Of a stretch of DNA of 46,636 nt, positions 8,540-22,939 are shown one piece after another; the stretch's first letter is position 1; every line of letters starts with the position of its first letter. Location: the NCBI GenBank assembly GCA_035455565.1, contig DATIEU010000251.1, positions 1 to 46,636 of the forward strand, given 5' to 3'. The position numbers were made by a program, and so were the translations under genes. The notes beneath the pieces were generated by a model that made no database searches, was not told the origin of the DNA, and saw only the letters and a program-made list of their open reading frames with translations. Origin of the DNA: Steroidobacteraceae bacterium (lineage in GTDB: Bacteria > Pseudomonadota > Gammaproteobacteria > Steroidobacterales > Steroidobacteraceae).

Positions 8540-9444
8540 AGCGGCTGGCCCTTTGGCGGCGGCGCGTTCTCGCGAGATTCAGGCAGAGGAATGAATTCCG
8601 TTTCTCCCGGTACGCGGGGGAAGCGCTGCGCGCCCCAATCATCCTTGGCTCGTTCGATGCGCTCGTGCGAACTCGCAACGAAATTCCACCAGATGAACCG
8701 CGGCCCATCGAGCGGTGCGCCACCCACGAGCATCACGCGCGAGTCGGCGAGCGCGCGAAAGCGCGCGGTGCCGCCGGGGTCGAGCACCACCATGTGACCG
8801 GTCGGATACTCGGCGCCCTCGATCCCGATCTTGCCTTCGGCGACATAGAGCGCGCGATCGTGGTGCTCGTCAGGTAACTCGACCTCGCTCCCTGCGCTGA
8901 CTTGCGCGTCCACGTATAACGTTTCCGAAAAGGTCGTGACGGGTGAGCGCTGGTCCCACGCCGTGCCGGCGATCACACGCATTCGCACGCCGGGACGTTC
9001 GATCTGCGGCAAGGTGGCCGCGGGGTGATGGAAGAACTGGGGCTCTGTTTCTTCGGCGGACGCAGGCAGCGCGACCCACGATTGGATGCCGTGAATGTGC
9101 GACGGTCGCTGACGCAACTGGGCGTCCGTTCGCTCCGAGTGCACGATGCCGCGACCCGCAGTCATCCAGTTGACGTCGCCGGGGCGGATGGGCTGCACAA
9201 AACCGAGGCTGTCGCGGTGCACGAGCTCACCCACGAAGAGATAGGTGACCGTCGCGAGGCAGATGTGAGGGTGCGGACGCACATCGATGCCGGTGCCAGC
9301 GGCAAATTGAGCCGGACCGATGTGATCGAAAAAAATGAACGGCCCGACCAGGTTGCGGCCAGCGGCCGGCAGCACGCGCCGCACCTCGAAACCGCCCAGG
9401 TCACGCGGCCGTGGCTCGATGACTCGTTCAATACTGACAGCCAT
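8536..9444 (-). CDS. Pirin family protein (bicupin)
   Basis: 302-aa ORF with the pirin hallmark GPFIFFDHIGPA...HPHICLATVTYLFVGELVHRDSLG...NWMTAGRGIVHSER. It starts 9 nt downstream of the UvrA-like stop on the same strand. Confidence 0.9.
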   Translation of the reverse strand: MAVSIERVIEPRPRDLGGFEVRRVLPAAGRNLVGPFIFFDHIGPAQFAAGTGIDVRPHPHICLATVTYLFVGELVHRDSLGFVQPIRPGDVNWMTAGRGIVHSERTDAQLRQRPSHIHGIQSWVALPASAEETEPQFFHHPAATLPQIERPGVRMRVIAGTAWDQRSPVTTFSETLYVDAQVSAGSEVELPDEHHDRALYVAEGKIGIEGAEYPTGHMVVLDPGGTARFRALADSRVMLVGGAPLDGPRFIWWNFVASSHERIERAKDDWGAQRFPRVPGETEFIPLPESRENAPPPKGQPL

Positions 9445-9453
9445 GTGTGCTCC

Positions 9454-15132
<5,679 letters not shown>

Positions 15133-15322
15133 GCTCAAGGCATCACTCGCAAACAGGAAAACGGGGAGGGCTTGAACTCTACCAGAGACGGCCGGTCTTG
15201 GATCGCCTCGGACGGGAATCAAACACTTCGGTTCCGGGCCGGGGATTATCCGGCTCAAGCGGTGCACAATGCCGCTTTCTGCCCTGACAGAAAAGGCCGG
15301 CGATCCAGGCAAGGAGCATCAC

Positions 15323-15652
15323 ATGCGATACGTGACCGCCATGACTTGCGCGCTCCTGCTGGTAACCGCGGCCGACGCCAAGACGGTCATCGTCAAGGGC
15401 GAGTTGACGTTTACGTCGAACGGGATCGGCAAGGTCGCGGAATGCGGTAGCGGGCGGGTATTCACTCTGGGCCTGATGGCCTCGAACCCCTACTTTCAGC
15501 TGGTACAGCGCTATTGGGAACTTTCCAGTCGCGGCAAGGCGCCGGTCGTGGCCGAAGTCAGCGGCGATGTGGTGAAGACGAGTGAGCCGGACAGCGAGTC
15601 GACGCTCCAGACGCCGACCGTGATCGCGATGACACCGGGTACGTGTAGCTAG
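15323..15652 (+). CDS. Small secreted hypothetical protein
   Basis: ATG 15323 is preceded by AAGGAG (15311-15316). Signal peptide MRYVTAMTCALLLVTAADA. No family recognised. First gene of the plus-strand array. Confidence 0.55.
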   Translation: MRYVTAMTCALLLVTAADAKTVIVKGELTFTSNGIGKVAECGSGRVFTLGLMASNPYFQLVQRYWELSSRGKAPVVAEVSGDVVKTSEPDSESTLQTPTVIAMTPGTCS

Positions 15653-15670
15653 AACCGGACGAGGTACGAC

Positions 15671-16567
15671 ATGAAGCGCGCTTCGGCGTGGCCTGCATTG
15701 CTCGTGGCCGTGGGGGCCTCGATGACCGTTGGCCAGGCGGCGGCGGCAGATGAGCCGCAGCGCATTACCAATCTCTATGATGCGTTCGGGGCACCGTCGG
15801 GGCTCACGCAGGATTGGGGCTTCGCGGCGCTGGTCGAATACGGTGGCAAGCGCGTCCTGTTCGACACGGGCAACGACGCCGCGATCTTCGAGCACAACGT
15901 GAGGCAGCTCGGTGTCGATCTCGGGAGGCTCGACGCGGTGGTGATCTCGCATCGGCACGGTGACCACACGAGTGGGCTCAGATACCTCCTCGAGGTGAAC
16001 CCGCGCGTGACGATCTATGCGCCGCTGGAGGGCGCGTACTTCAAGGGATCGCTCCCGCCCGCATTCCTGGCGCGCGCACCCGGCCTTCCGCACAGCCAGC
16101 AGTATTTCGGCGGCAAGGAGCCAGTGCGCTGGACTACCGGATCGCCGTGGGAGGCAGCAAAGTTTCAGGGCGTCGCCGCCACCACCGAGATCCTGCCGGG
16201 GTTCTTCCTGCTCACCACGAAGTCGCAGAAACCGGGCACGATGGACATGAACGAACTGTCGCTCGCTGTGCGGACGAGCAAGGGACTCGCCGTAGTGGTG
16301 GGTTGTTCGCATCCGGGCGTTGAGAACATTCTCGCTGCGGCCGCCGGGATCGATTCGCATCTGTATACCGTCATGGGCGGCTTTCACCTTGTCGTGACTC
16401 CGGAAACGGAAGTGCGCCGTGTCGCCGCGGTGCTGCAAGATGACCTGCGCGTCGAGCGCGTCGCGCCGGCGCATTGCACGAGCGAGCTCGGCTTCTCGGT
16501 GCTCATGGAGAAGTTCAAGGATCATTTCGACGCTGCGGGCCTGGGGGCCGTGATTTCCCTGCCGTAG
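15671..16567 (+). CDS. MBL-fold metallo-hydrolase, secreted
   Basis: 298-aa ORF with a signal peptide (MKRASAWPALLVAVGASMTVGQAAA) and the metallo-beta-lactamase motif VVISHRHGDHTSG. Confidence 0.85.
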   Translation: MKRASAWPALLVAVGASMTVGQAAAADEPQRITNLYDAFGAPSGLTQDWGFAALVEYGGKRVLFDTGNDAAIFEHNVRQLGVDLGRLDAVVISHRHGDHTSGLRYLLEVNPRVTIYAPLEGAYFKGSLPPAFLARAPGLPHSQQYFGGKEPVRWTTGSPWEAAKFQGVAATTEILPGFFLLTTKSQKPGTMDMNELSLAVRTSKGLAVVVGCSHPGVENILAAAAGIDSHLYTVMGGFHLVVTPETEVRRVAAVLQDDLRVERVAPAHCTSELGFSVLMEKFKDHFDAAGLGAVISLP

Positions 16568-16570
16568 TGC

Positions 16571-17011
16571 ATGCGCCTCTGGACTCTTCATCCGCGTTAC
16601 CTGGACGCGCGAGGCCTGGTCGCCGCATGGCGCGAGGCATTGTTGGCGCGTGCCGTATTGCGTGCGAAGACGCGAGGCTACCGGCACCACCCGCAGCTGC
16701 AACGCTTCCGCGCGCACACGCGACCTCGCTCGGCCATCAATGCGTATCTCGTGGCCATTCATGCCGAGGCGAGCGCGCGTGGCTACGCTTTTGACCGGAG
16801 CAAGATCGGACCGGTGCGCCGCGTGCACTTCATTGCCGCCACTCGCGGACAAGTGGCTCACGAGTGGCGGCGTCTGATGCTCAAGCTGTCGGTGCGCGGT
16901 CCGGGCTTGCACCGTCAGTGGCGTCATGTTCGTGTCCCGCAATGTCATCCGCTCTTCCGTTCGGTGCGCGGGCAGGTTGAGCATTGGGAGCGCCGGGCAG
17001 CGAGGCACTAA
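16571..17011 (+). CDS. Pyrimidine-dimer DNA glycosylase / endonuclease V (T4 DenV-type) family protein
   Basis: 146 aa. The N-terminus MRLWTLHPRYLDARGLVAAWREALLA...GYRHHPQLQRF matches my recollection of bacterial Pyr_excise-family proteins. The WRE glutamate sits at the position of the T4 endoV catalytic Glu. The gene starts 3 nt after the MBL gene. Confidence 0.75.
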   Translation: MRLWTLHPRYLDARGLVAAWREALLARAVLRAKTRGYRHHPQLQRFRAHTRPRSAINAYLVAIHAEASARGYAFDRSKIGPVRRVHFIAATRGQVAHEWRRLMLKLSVRGPGLHRQWRHVRVPQCHPLFRSVRGQVEHWERRAARH

Positions 17012-17034
17012 TCAATCGGCGGGGGGTAACCGAC

Positions 17035-17463
17035 ATGCCGCAAGCTATTTTTGGACCTTTCTTCGCGATGATCCTGCTGACGCTCGCGGTGTGGGTGTAC
17101 ATGTACATCCGGCGCCTGCACTTCATCACGAGCCGCAACATCGATCCGCAGGACCTGGCGGTGCCGAATGCGCTGGCGCAGCAGGCGCCCGCCGCCGTCG
17201 CGACGCCATCGGACAATCTCAAGAACCTGTTCGAGATGCCGGTGCTGTTCTACGCGCTGGCGCTCTATCTCTTCGTGACCGACCAGGTCGATCCGACTTA
17301 CGTGAGCGCCGCCTGGGCGTTCGTCGCCTTCCGGACTCTGCACAGCATCGTGCACAGCACCTTTAACCGCGTGTCGTTGCGATTCGGCCTGTACATGGTC
17401 TCTACTTTCGCTCTATGGTTCATCGCCGTTCGCGCGGCACTCGCGTACTTCGCGCCAACCTGA
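17035..17463 (+). CDS. MAPEG family membrane protein (glutathione-transferase-like)
   Basis: ORF 16984..17463 trimmed to ATG 17035 (MPQAIFGPFFAMILLTLAVWVYMYIRR...). It has four hydrophobic segments plus NLFEMPVLFY and FRTLHSIVH, typical of bacterial MAPEG proteins. Confidence 0.72.
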   Translation: MPQAIFGPFFAMILLTLAVWVYMYIRRLHFITSRNIDPQDLAVPNALAQQAPAAVATPSDNLKNLFEMPVLFYALALYLFVTDQVDPTYVSAAWAFVAFRTLHSIVHSTFNRVSLRFGLYMVSTFALWFIAVRAALAYFAPT

Positions 17464-17476
17464 ATGGGGGTGTCTG

Positions 17477-17824
17477 GTGACGTACAAAGGCAGCTGCCAC
17501 TGCGGCAAGGTGGCTTTCGAAGTCGAGGGCGAGCTGCAAGGGGTCATGGCCTGCAATTGTTCGATGTGCTCGCGCAAGGGGTCGCTCCTCTGGTTCGTAC
17601 CGCGCGACCAGTTGCGGTTGCGGACACCCGAGAGCGAGCTCGGCACCTACACGTTCAACAAGCACCGTATCAGGCACCGCTTCTGCCCTACCTGCGGCAT
17701 ACATCCGTTCGGCGAAGGAACCGATCCGAAGGGAAACCGCATGGCTGCCGTCAATGCGCGCTGCCTCGAGGGTGTCGACCTGGACGCGATCCCGGTGCAG
17801 CACTTCGACGGCCGGTCGCTGTGA
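17477..17824 (+). CDS. GFA family protein (glutathione-dependent formaldehyde-activating enzyme / CENP-V fold)
   Basis: 115 aa with a GTG start. It shows the characteristic cysteine pattern GSCHCGKV...CNCSMC...FCPTCG. Confidence 0.85.
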   Translation: MTYKGSCHCGKVAFEVEGELQGVMACNCSMCSRKGSLLWFVPRDQLRLRTPESELGTYTFNKHRIRHRFCPTCGIHPFGEGTDPKGNRMAAVNARCLEGVDLDAIPVQHFDGRSL

Positions 17825-19431
17825 GGACAATCGAGGCTCTGCAAGGGTGCCGGCCGATACCTGGGAGGCACGCATGCGGCATCGCTGTTCTCGCACTCGC
17901 CATCGTAGCTCCCGCCGGTTGCGCCAGCTTGCCGACGCTCGACGGCAGAACAGCCTCGACTGCTCTTACGGATACCGCCGATACGCAACTCGGCCGCTAT
18001 GCCGTGAAGGCCAACCCCGGCGACGCGACCAAGAGCGGCATCTACCCGTTGGCGTCGCCCGAGGAAGCGTTCGCGGCCCGTGCGCTCCTGGCGCGCTCGG
18101 CGGAGCGCTCGCTCGACGTGCAGTACTACATCTGGCACGGCGATACGTCGGGCTACCTGCTGTTCGAGGAATGCTGGAACGCAGCCGAGCGCGGCGTGCG
18201 CGTGCGACTGCTGCTCGACGACAACAACACGTCGGGGCTTGATGAAGCGCTTGCGGCACTCGACAGCCATGCCAACATCGAGGTGCGATTGTTCAATCCG
18301 TTTGCCAACCGCAGCATGCGGATGCTCGGCTACCTGACCGACTTCGGTCGACTCAATCGGCGCATGCACAACAAGTCGCTCACCGCGGACACGCAGGCCA
18401 CGATCGTCGGCGGCCGCAACGTCGGCGATGAATACTTTGCCCTGGGCGAAGGCATGGTATTCGCGGATCTCGACGTCATCGCGGTCGGTCACGTGGCGCG
18501 CGATGTCGCGGACGCCTTCGACCTGTACTGGAACAGCGACTCGGCCTATCCGGCCGGGTCGATCGTCGGCCAGGCGAGCGCGGGCGCCATCGCGGATCTC
18601 AAGGCGAAGTTCGCCGCGACCCGGTCATCGCCCGAGGCGGCGCACTACCTCGATGCTCTGAAGCGCACGCGCCTCATCGAGGCGCTGGTTGCAGACGAAC
18701 TGGGGCTCGAATGGGCAGCCACGCACCTGGTGTATGACGAACCGGCCAAGGTTCTCGGCGACATCCCGGCATCCGACTTGCTGTTTACGCGCATGCAGCA
18801 GGTGCTGGGCGACGCGCAGCGCGAGATCGATCTCATATCGCCCTATTTCGTTCCAGGCGAAGAGGGCACCAAGGCGCTTTCCGCCTATCCGGGCCGCGGT
18901 ATCAAGTTGCGCGTGCTGACCAACTCGCTGGCGGCAACTGACGTGGGCGCGGTCCACGCGGGATATGCGAAGCGGCGAGAGGAGTTGCTGCGAAATGGCG
19001 TGCATATCTATGAGCTCAAGCCCGATCCGCTGCAGGACGCGACGCAGGAGAAGTCGGATTCGAAGGGCAGCGTCGGCGGCAGCACTGGCGGCGCCAGCTC
19101 CGGTGCGAGCCTGCACGCCAAGACATTTTCGATCGATCGCAGTCGCGCCTTCGTCGGATCGTTCAACTTCGACCCGCGCTCCTACAACCTGAATACGGAG
19201 CTCGGCGTCGTCATCGACAGTCCCAAGCTGGCGGACAGCATCTCGGCGACGCTCGACAGGGACTTGGCGCAGTCCACTTATGAGGTCCTGCTGAAAGACG
19301 GCGGCGGGCTCGAATGGGTGGAACGCACCGACCAGGGAGAGGTGCGTTACGATAAGGAGCCCAAGACCGGCTTCTGCAAGCGGTTCGGCGTCAGCTTCAT
19401 GTCCATCCTGCCGATCGAGTGGCTGCTGTGA
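17821..19431 (+). CDS. Phospholipase D family protein (two HKD motifs), probable lipoprotein
   Basis: In-frame part of ORF 17464..19431. The proposed GTG start at 17821 overlaps the GFA stop (GTGA). Lipobox LALAIVAPAGCAS. HKD motifs are HNKSLTADTQATIVGGRNVGDEY and HAKTFSIDRSRAFVGSFNFDPRS. The start codon is uncertain. Confidence 0.82.
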   Translation: MRTIEALQGCRPIPGRHACGIAVLALAIVAPAGCASLPTLDGRTASTALTDTADTQLGRYAVKANPGDATKSGIYPLASPEEAFAARALLARSAERSLDVQYYIWHGDTSGYLLFEECWNAAERGVRVRLLLDDNNTSGLDEALAALDSHANIEVRLFNPFANRSMRMLGYLTDFGRLNRRMHNKSLTADTQATIVGGRNVGDEYFALGEGMVFADLDVIAVGHVARDVADAFDLYWNSDSAYPAGSIVGQASAGAIADLKAKFAATRSSPEAAHYLDALKRTRLIEALVADELGLEWAATHLVYDEPAKVLGDIPASDLLFTRMQQVLGDAQREIDLISPYFVPGEEGTKALSAYPGRGIKLRVLTNSLAATDVGAVHAGYAKRREELLRNGVHIYELKPDPLQDATQEKSDSKGSVGGSTGGASSGASLHAKTFSIDRSRAFVGSFNFDPRSYNLNTELGVVIDSPKLADSISATLDRDLAQSTYEVLLKDGGGLEWVERTDQGEVRYDKEPKTGFCKRFGVSFMSILPIEWLL

Positions 19432-19850
19432 GTGCCGCTGCCGCCGAATCACGCGTCGATGTGTTCTTCTATGGCCTCTTCATGGATGCGGACGTGCTGC
19501 GCGAACACCAGGTCGCGGCGGTCGATCCGCGCCCGGCGTACGCGGAGGGTTACGCATTGCGGATTGGACGACGAGCCACCCTGATCGCTTTCGCGGGCCA
19601 GCGCGCCTACGGCATGGTGTACGCGCTGACCGAAGCCGACCTTGATCGCCTCTATTCAGGTCCGGGGCTGGACCAGTATCGTCCTGAACCCCTGCTGGTG
19701 CAGATGCATGGCGGCATTACGTTGCCGGTCCTGTGCTACGTGTGTCCGCGACCACAGCCGGGGGAAGCCAACGCGGAATACGCGGCGCGCCTTCGAGCGG
19801 TTTTGCAGAAACTGCGGTTCCCGCCGGAGTACGTGCAGACCGTGACGTAA
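19419..19850 (+). CDS. Gamma-glutamylcyclotransferase-like (AIG2/GGCT fold) protein
   Basis: 143-aa ORF. VDVFFYGLFMDADVL...AYGMVYAL is typical of the GGCT-like family. The GTG starts at 19419 or 19428 overlap the PLD stop, suggesting translational coupling. Confidence 0.7.
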   Translation: MAAVSAAAAESRVDVFFYGLFMDADVLREHQVAAVDPRPAYAEGYALRIGRRATLIAFAGQRAYGMVYALTEADLDRLYSGPGLDQYRPEPLLVQMHGGITLPVLCYVCPRPQPGEANAEYAARLRAVLQKLRFPPEYVQTVT

Positions 19851-19879
19851 GCGGATAATTTCTAGCCAAGTGTGCGGGC

Positions 19880-22495
19880 ATGCGGCGTAGGCGCTTATCC
19901 AAGGTACTCGCTTATCCCCTGGCGGTGGCGATCACGGCTGCCGCCGTGCTGCTGCGCTGGCTAATCGACCCGTGGCTCGGCGAGCACTTACCCCTGGTTA
20001 CTCTCTTCGCCGCGGTTGCCGCTACGGTGTGGTTCGGAGGACCGGGTCCCGCGGTGCTATCGGCAGTGCTCGGCTACCTGGCGTGCGACTACCTGTTCAT
20101 CGAACCGCGGGGCATCTTCGGCGTGTTCAACGCGCGCAGTCTGGTCGGCATCGCGGCTTATTTGCTGACGTGCGCGCTCGTCATTGGCTTCGGCGTGGCG
20201 TTGCGCGCCGCGCGCGCGAAGGCGACGCAACAACGTGAGTTGCTGCAGATCACGCTCGCCAGCATCGGCGATGCCGTGATTACGACGGACACGCAGGGGC
20301 GCATTGCGTACCTCAATGCGGTCGCCGAGTCACTGACCGGCTGGAAGCAGGCTGAAGCGGCTGGGCGGGCGCTCGATGACGTTTTCCGGATCGTGAACGA
20401 GCACACGCGTGCGCCAGCGGAAAATCCGGCCACCCGGGCGCTTCACGAAGGCACCATCGTAGGCCTCGCGAACCACAGCACCCTGATCGCACGCGATGGC
20501 AGCGAGCGGCCGATCGACGACAGCGCCGCGCCGATCCGTGACGAAGAAGGTCGTGTCGTCGGGTGCGTGCTCATCTTCCGCGACATCAGCGAGCGTCGCG
20601 GCGCCGAGAATGCCCTGCAGCGGCTGGCCAACATCGTTGCGGCTTCAGACGACGCGATCATCAGCAAGACGCTCGACGGCGTGATCCAGTCGTGGAATGC
20701 CGGCGCCGAGCGCCTGTACGGGTACTCGAGCGCCGAGGCCGTCGGGCGGTCGATCAATCTCATCGTTCCGCCGGAGCTGCACGCCGAGGAGCGCTCGATC
20801 CTGGAACGGCTGCGCAACGGCGGGCACATCGAGCATTTCGAAACCATTCGCGTGGCCAAGGGCGGCCGGCGCGTCAACATCTCGCTCACCGTGTCGCCGT
20901 TGCGGGATGCGGCGGGGCAAATCATCGGCGCTTCCAAGGTGGCGCGGGACATTACGGAGCGCGCCAGGTCGGAAGCGCAACTGCGCGAGAGCGAAGCCCG
21001 GTTTCGCACCGTCGCGGACAGCGCGCCGCTCCTCATGTGGATGAACGACGCTTCGGGTTGCGTGTTCGTCAACCGCGCCTATCTCGAATTTCTCGGTCTG
21101 CCCTCCCAGACCGAAGTCAGGGGCTACCACTGGACACAGTACGTTCACCCGGACGATCGCGACGCGTACGTCGACGCCTACCAGGACAGCCTCAGGAAGC
21201 GCGCGCCGTTCGCAGCCATATTCCGCTTCCGGCGGTATGACGGCGAGTACCGCTGGATGCAATCGGTGGGGGTCGCCCGGTTCAGCGCTGCGGGGGAACT
21301 GCTGGGCTACACGGGGTGCACCTACGACATCCACGACGCGCGCATGGCGTCCGAGGCGCTGCGTGACCAGGATCGCCGCAAGGATGAGTTTCTCGCGACG
21401 CTGGCCCACGAGCTGCGCAACCCGCTGGCACCACTCGTCAACATGCTCGAAATCATGAAGCGCGCGGACGTCAGCCCGGAGTTGCTGGCGCACGTCCGCA
21501 GCGTCATGGCTCGACAGCTCAGCAGCCTCGTGCGGCTCGTCGACGATCTGCTCGACCTGAGCCGGATCACGCGCAATCAACTCGAGCTGCGCAAGGAGCG
21601 CGTCGCACTCGCCGGCGTCATTCAGCACGCGGTCGAAGCCTGCGGCCCGCAGATCGAGAGCCTGCACCATGAGCTCAAGGTTGACTTGCCGTCCACGCCG
21701 ATCCATCTGCACGCGGATCCGGTGCGACTGGCGCAGGTGTTTCACAACCTGCTGCACAACGCCTGCAAGTACACGCCGTCCAAAGGCCTGATCTCAGTGA
21801 GTGCAGAGCTGCACGGCCCCGAGGTCGTGGTAAGGATCAGGGATAGCGGCAAAGGAATCCCTTCCGACCGGCTCGAGGAGATTTTCGAGATGTTCGCGCA
21901 GGTCGAGCCCGCGCTCGATCGGGCGCACGGCGGCCTGGGCATCGGGCTGACGCTGGTCAAGCGGCTGGTCGAGCTGCACGAAGGAGCCGTGCAGGCCTTC
22001 AGCGAGGGCCCGGGGCAGGGAAGCGAGTTCGTCGTGCGCCTGCCAGTGCTCGATGACGTAGCGGAGGTGCAACGGGCCGCCGAACCGGCCTCCGCAGAAC
22101 GCGCCACGGCGCGTCGCATCCTGGTAGTCGATGACAACGAGGACAGCGCGAAGTCCCTGGCCACGCTTCTGGCGATGAACGGTAACCGCACCCGCGTCGC
22201 CTTCGACGGTGCTGCTGCCCTCACTGCGGCCGAGCAGTTCCGTCCTGACGTGGTGCTGCTCGACATCGGCATGCCGAAGATGAACGGCTTCGATGCGGCC
22301 AGGCGCATTCGCGAGCAGCCGTGGGGGCGCGACGTGCTGCTGATTGCGCTGACCGGGTGGGGACAGGACAGGGACCGCCGCCGCTCGCAAAGCGCCGGCT
22401 TCGACGCGCACCTGGTCAAGCCGGTGGATCATGCCGCGCTCATGAGAGTGCTGGCGTCGCTCTCGACGAAGCGCGCGGCACACTCACCGAACTGA
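19880..22495 (+). CDS. Hybrid sensor histidine kinase / response regulator (DUF4118-type membrane module, three PAS, HisKA, HATPase_c, REC)
   Basis: 871 aa. The N-terminal membrane segment resembles the KdpD DUF4118 module. PAS repeats include LASIGDAVITTD, IVAASDDAIISKT...WNAGAERLYGY and VADSAPLLMWM. H-box FLATLAHELRNPL. G-boxes DSGKGI and GGLGIGL. The C-terminal receiver is ILVVDDNEDS...DIGMPKMNG...LVKP. Confidence 0.9.
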   Translation: MRRRRLSKVLAYPLAVAITAAAVLLRWLIDPWLGEHLPLVTLFAAVAATVWFGGPGPAVLSAVLGYLACDYLFIEPRGIFGVFNARSLVGIAAYLLTCALVIGFGVALRAARAKATQQRELLQITLASIGDAVITTDTQGRIAYLNAVAESLTGWKQAEAAGRALDDVFRIVNEHTRAPAENPATRALHEGTIVGLANHSTLIARDGSERPIDDSAAPIRDEEGRVVGCVLIFRDISERRGAENALQRLANIVAASDDAIISKTLDGVIQSWNAGAERLYGYSSAEAVGRSINLIVPPELHAEERSILERLRNGGHIEHFETIRVAKGGRRVNISLTVSPLRDAAGQIIGASKVARDITERARSEAQLRESEARFRTVADSAPLLMWMNDASGCVFVNRAYLEFLGLPSQTEVRGYHWTQYVHPDDRDAYVDAYQDSLRKRAPFAAIFRFRRYDGEYRWMQSVGVARFSAAGELLGYTGCTYDIHDARMASEALRDQDRRKDEFLATLAHELRNPLAPLVNMLEIMKRADVSPELLAHVRSVMARQLSSLVRLVDDLLDLSRITRNQLELRKERVALAGVIQHAVEACGPQIESLHHELKVDLPSTPIHLHADPVRLAQVFHNLLHNACKYTPSKGLISVSAELHGPEVVVRIRDSGKGIPSDRLEEIFEMFAQVEPALDRAHGGLGIGLTLVKRLVELHEGAVQAFSEGPGQGSEFVVRLPVLDDVAEVQRAAEPASAERATARRILVVDDNEDSAKSLATLLAMNGNRTRVAFDGAAALTAAEQFRPDVVLLDIGMPKMNGFDAARRIREQPWGRDVLLIALTGWGQDRDRRRSQSAGFDAHLVKPVDHAALMRVLASLSTKRAAHSPN

Positions 22496-22498
22496 ACC

Positions 22499-22939
22499 GT
22501 GACCATCGACGAAGCATTGCGATTCATCAGCACGCACGGCGTCGTGTTGGAATCGGGTCTCGGCCCGGTGCCTTCACTCGCCGGCGCGATAGCAGGCGAG
22601 CCCATTCGCGGCAGCTGGTGGGGCCACGCTCGCGGCCGAGAGATCTTCGCCATGACCCGCGTGGTCCGCGAAAACGCGGACGTACTGGTGTGTCGACTCA
22701 TCGATGGCAAGATCACCTACGTCCATCGCCGGCTTTGGCCTGCGCTGGTGCGTGCCGCAGAGCGATTTCCCCGCAAGCACCTGGCCCAGGTGCACGAGCG
22801 GCACACGGACTCGGGGAAGCACGCCAACGAAGTCGTGCCGTTTCCGGATTGGGTTTCGCGCGAACTGGCCACCGCAGCGAGCGCCCTCGATGAGGGCGCT
22901 GCGCTCGCGGCACTGGGCATCAGAGAATATAGCGGCTGA
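22499..22939 (+). CDS. Hypothetical protein, 146 aa
   Basis: GTG start 3 nt after the kinase stop. The composition looks coding ([20 protein letters not shown]...[13 protein letters not shown]...). No family recognised. Its last 20 nt overlap the convergent hslU 3' end. Confidence 0.5.
   Translation: MTIDEALRFISTHGVVLESGLGPVPSLAGAIAGEPIRGSWWGHARGREIFAMTRVVRENADVLVCRLIDGKITYVHRRLWPALVRAAERFPRKHLAQVHERHTDSGKHANEVVPFPDWVSRELATAASALDEGAALAALGIREYSG

Noticed and set aside
15179-17008. 609-aa minus-strand ORF spanning the small secreted protein, MBL and DenV-like genes
   Set aside because: It is antisense to three plus-strand genes with clear family motifs, signal peptides and RBSs. Its translation is Arg/Pro/His-rich with no recognisable domain, which is a typical high-GC shadow ORF.
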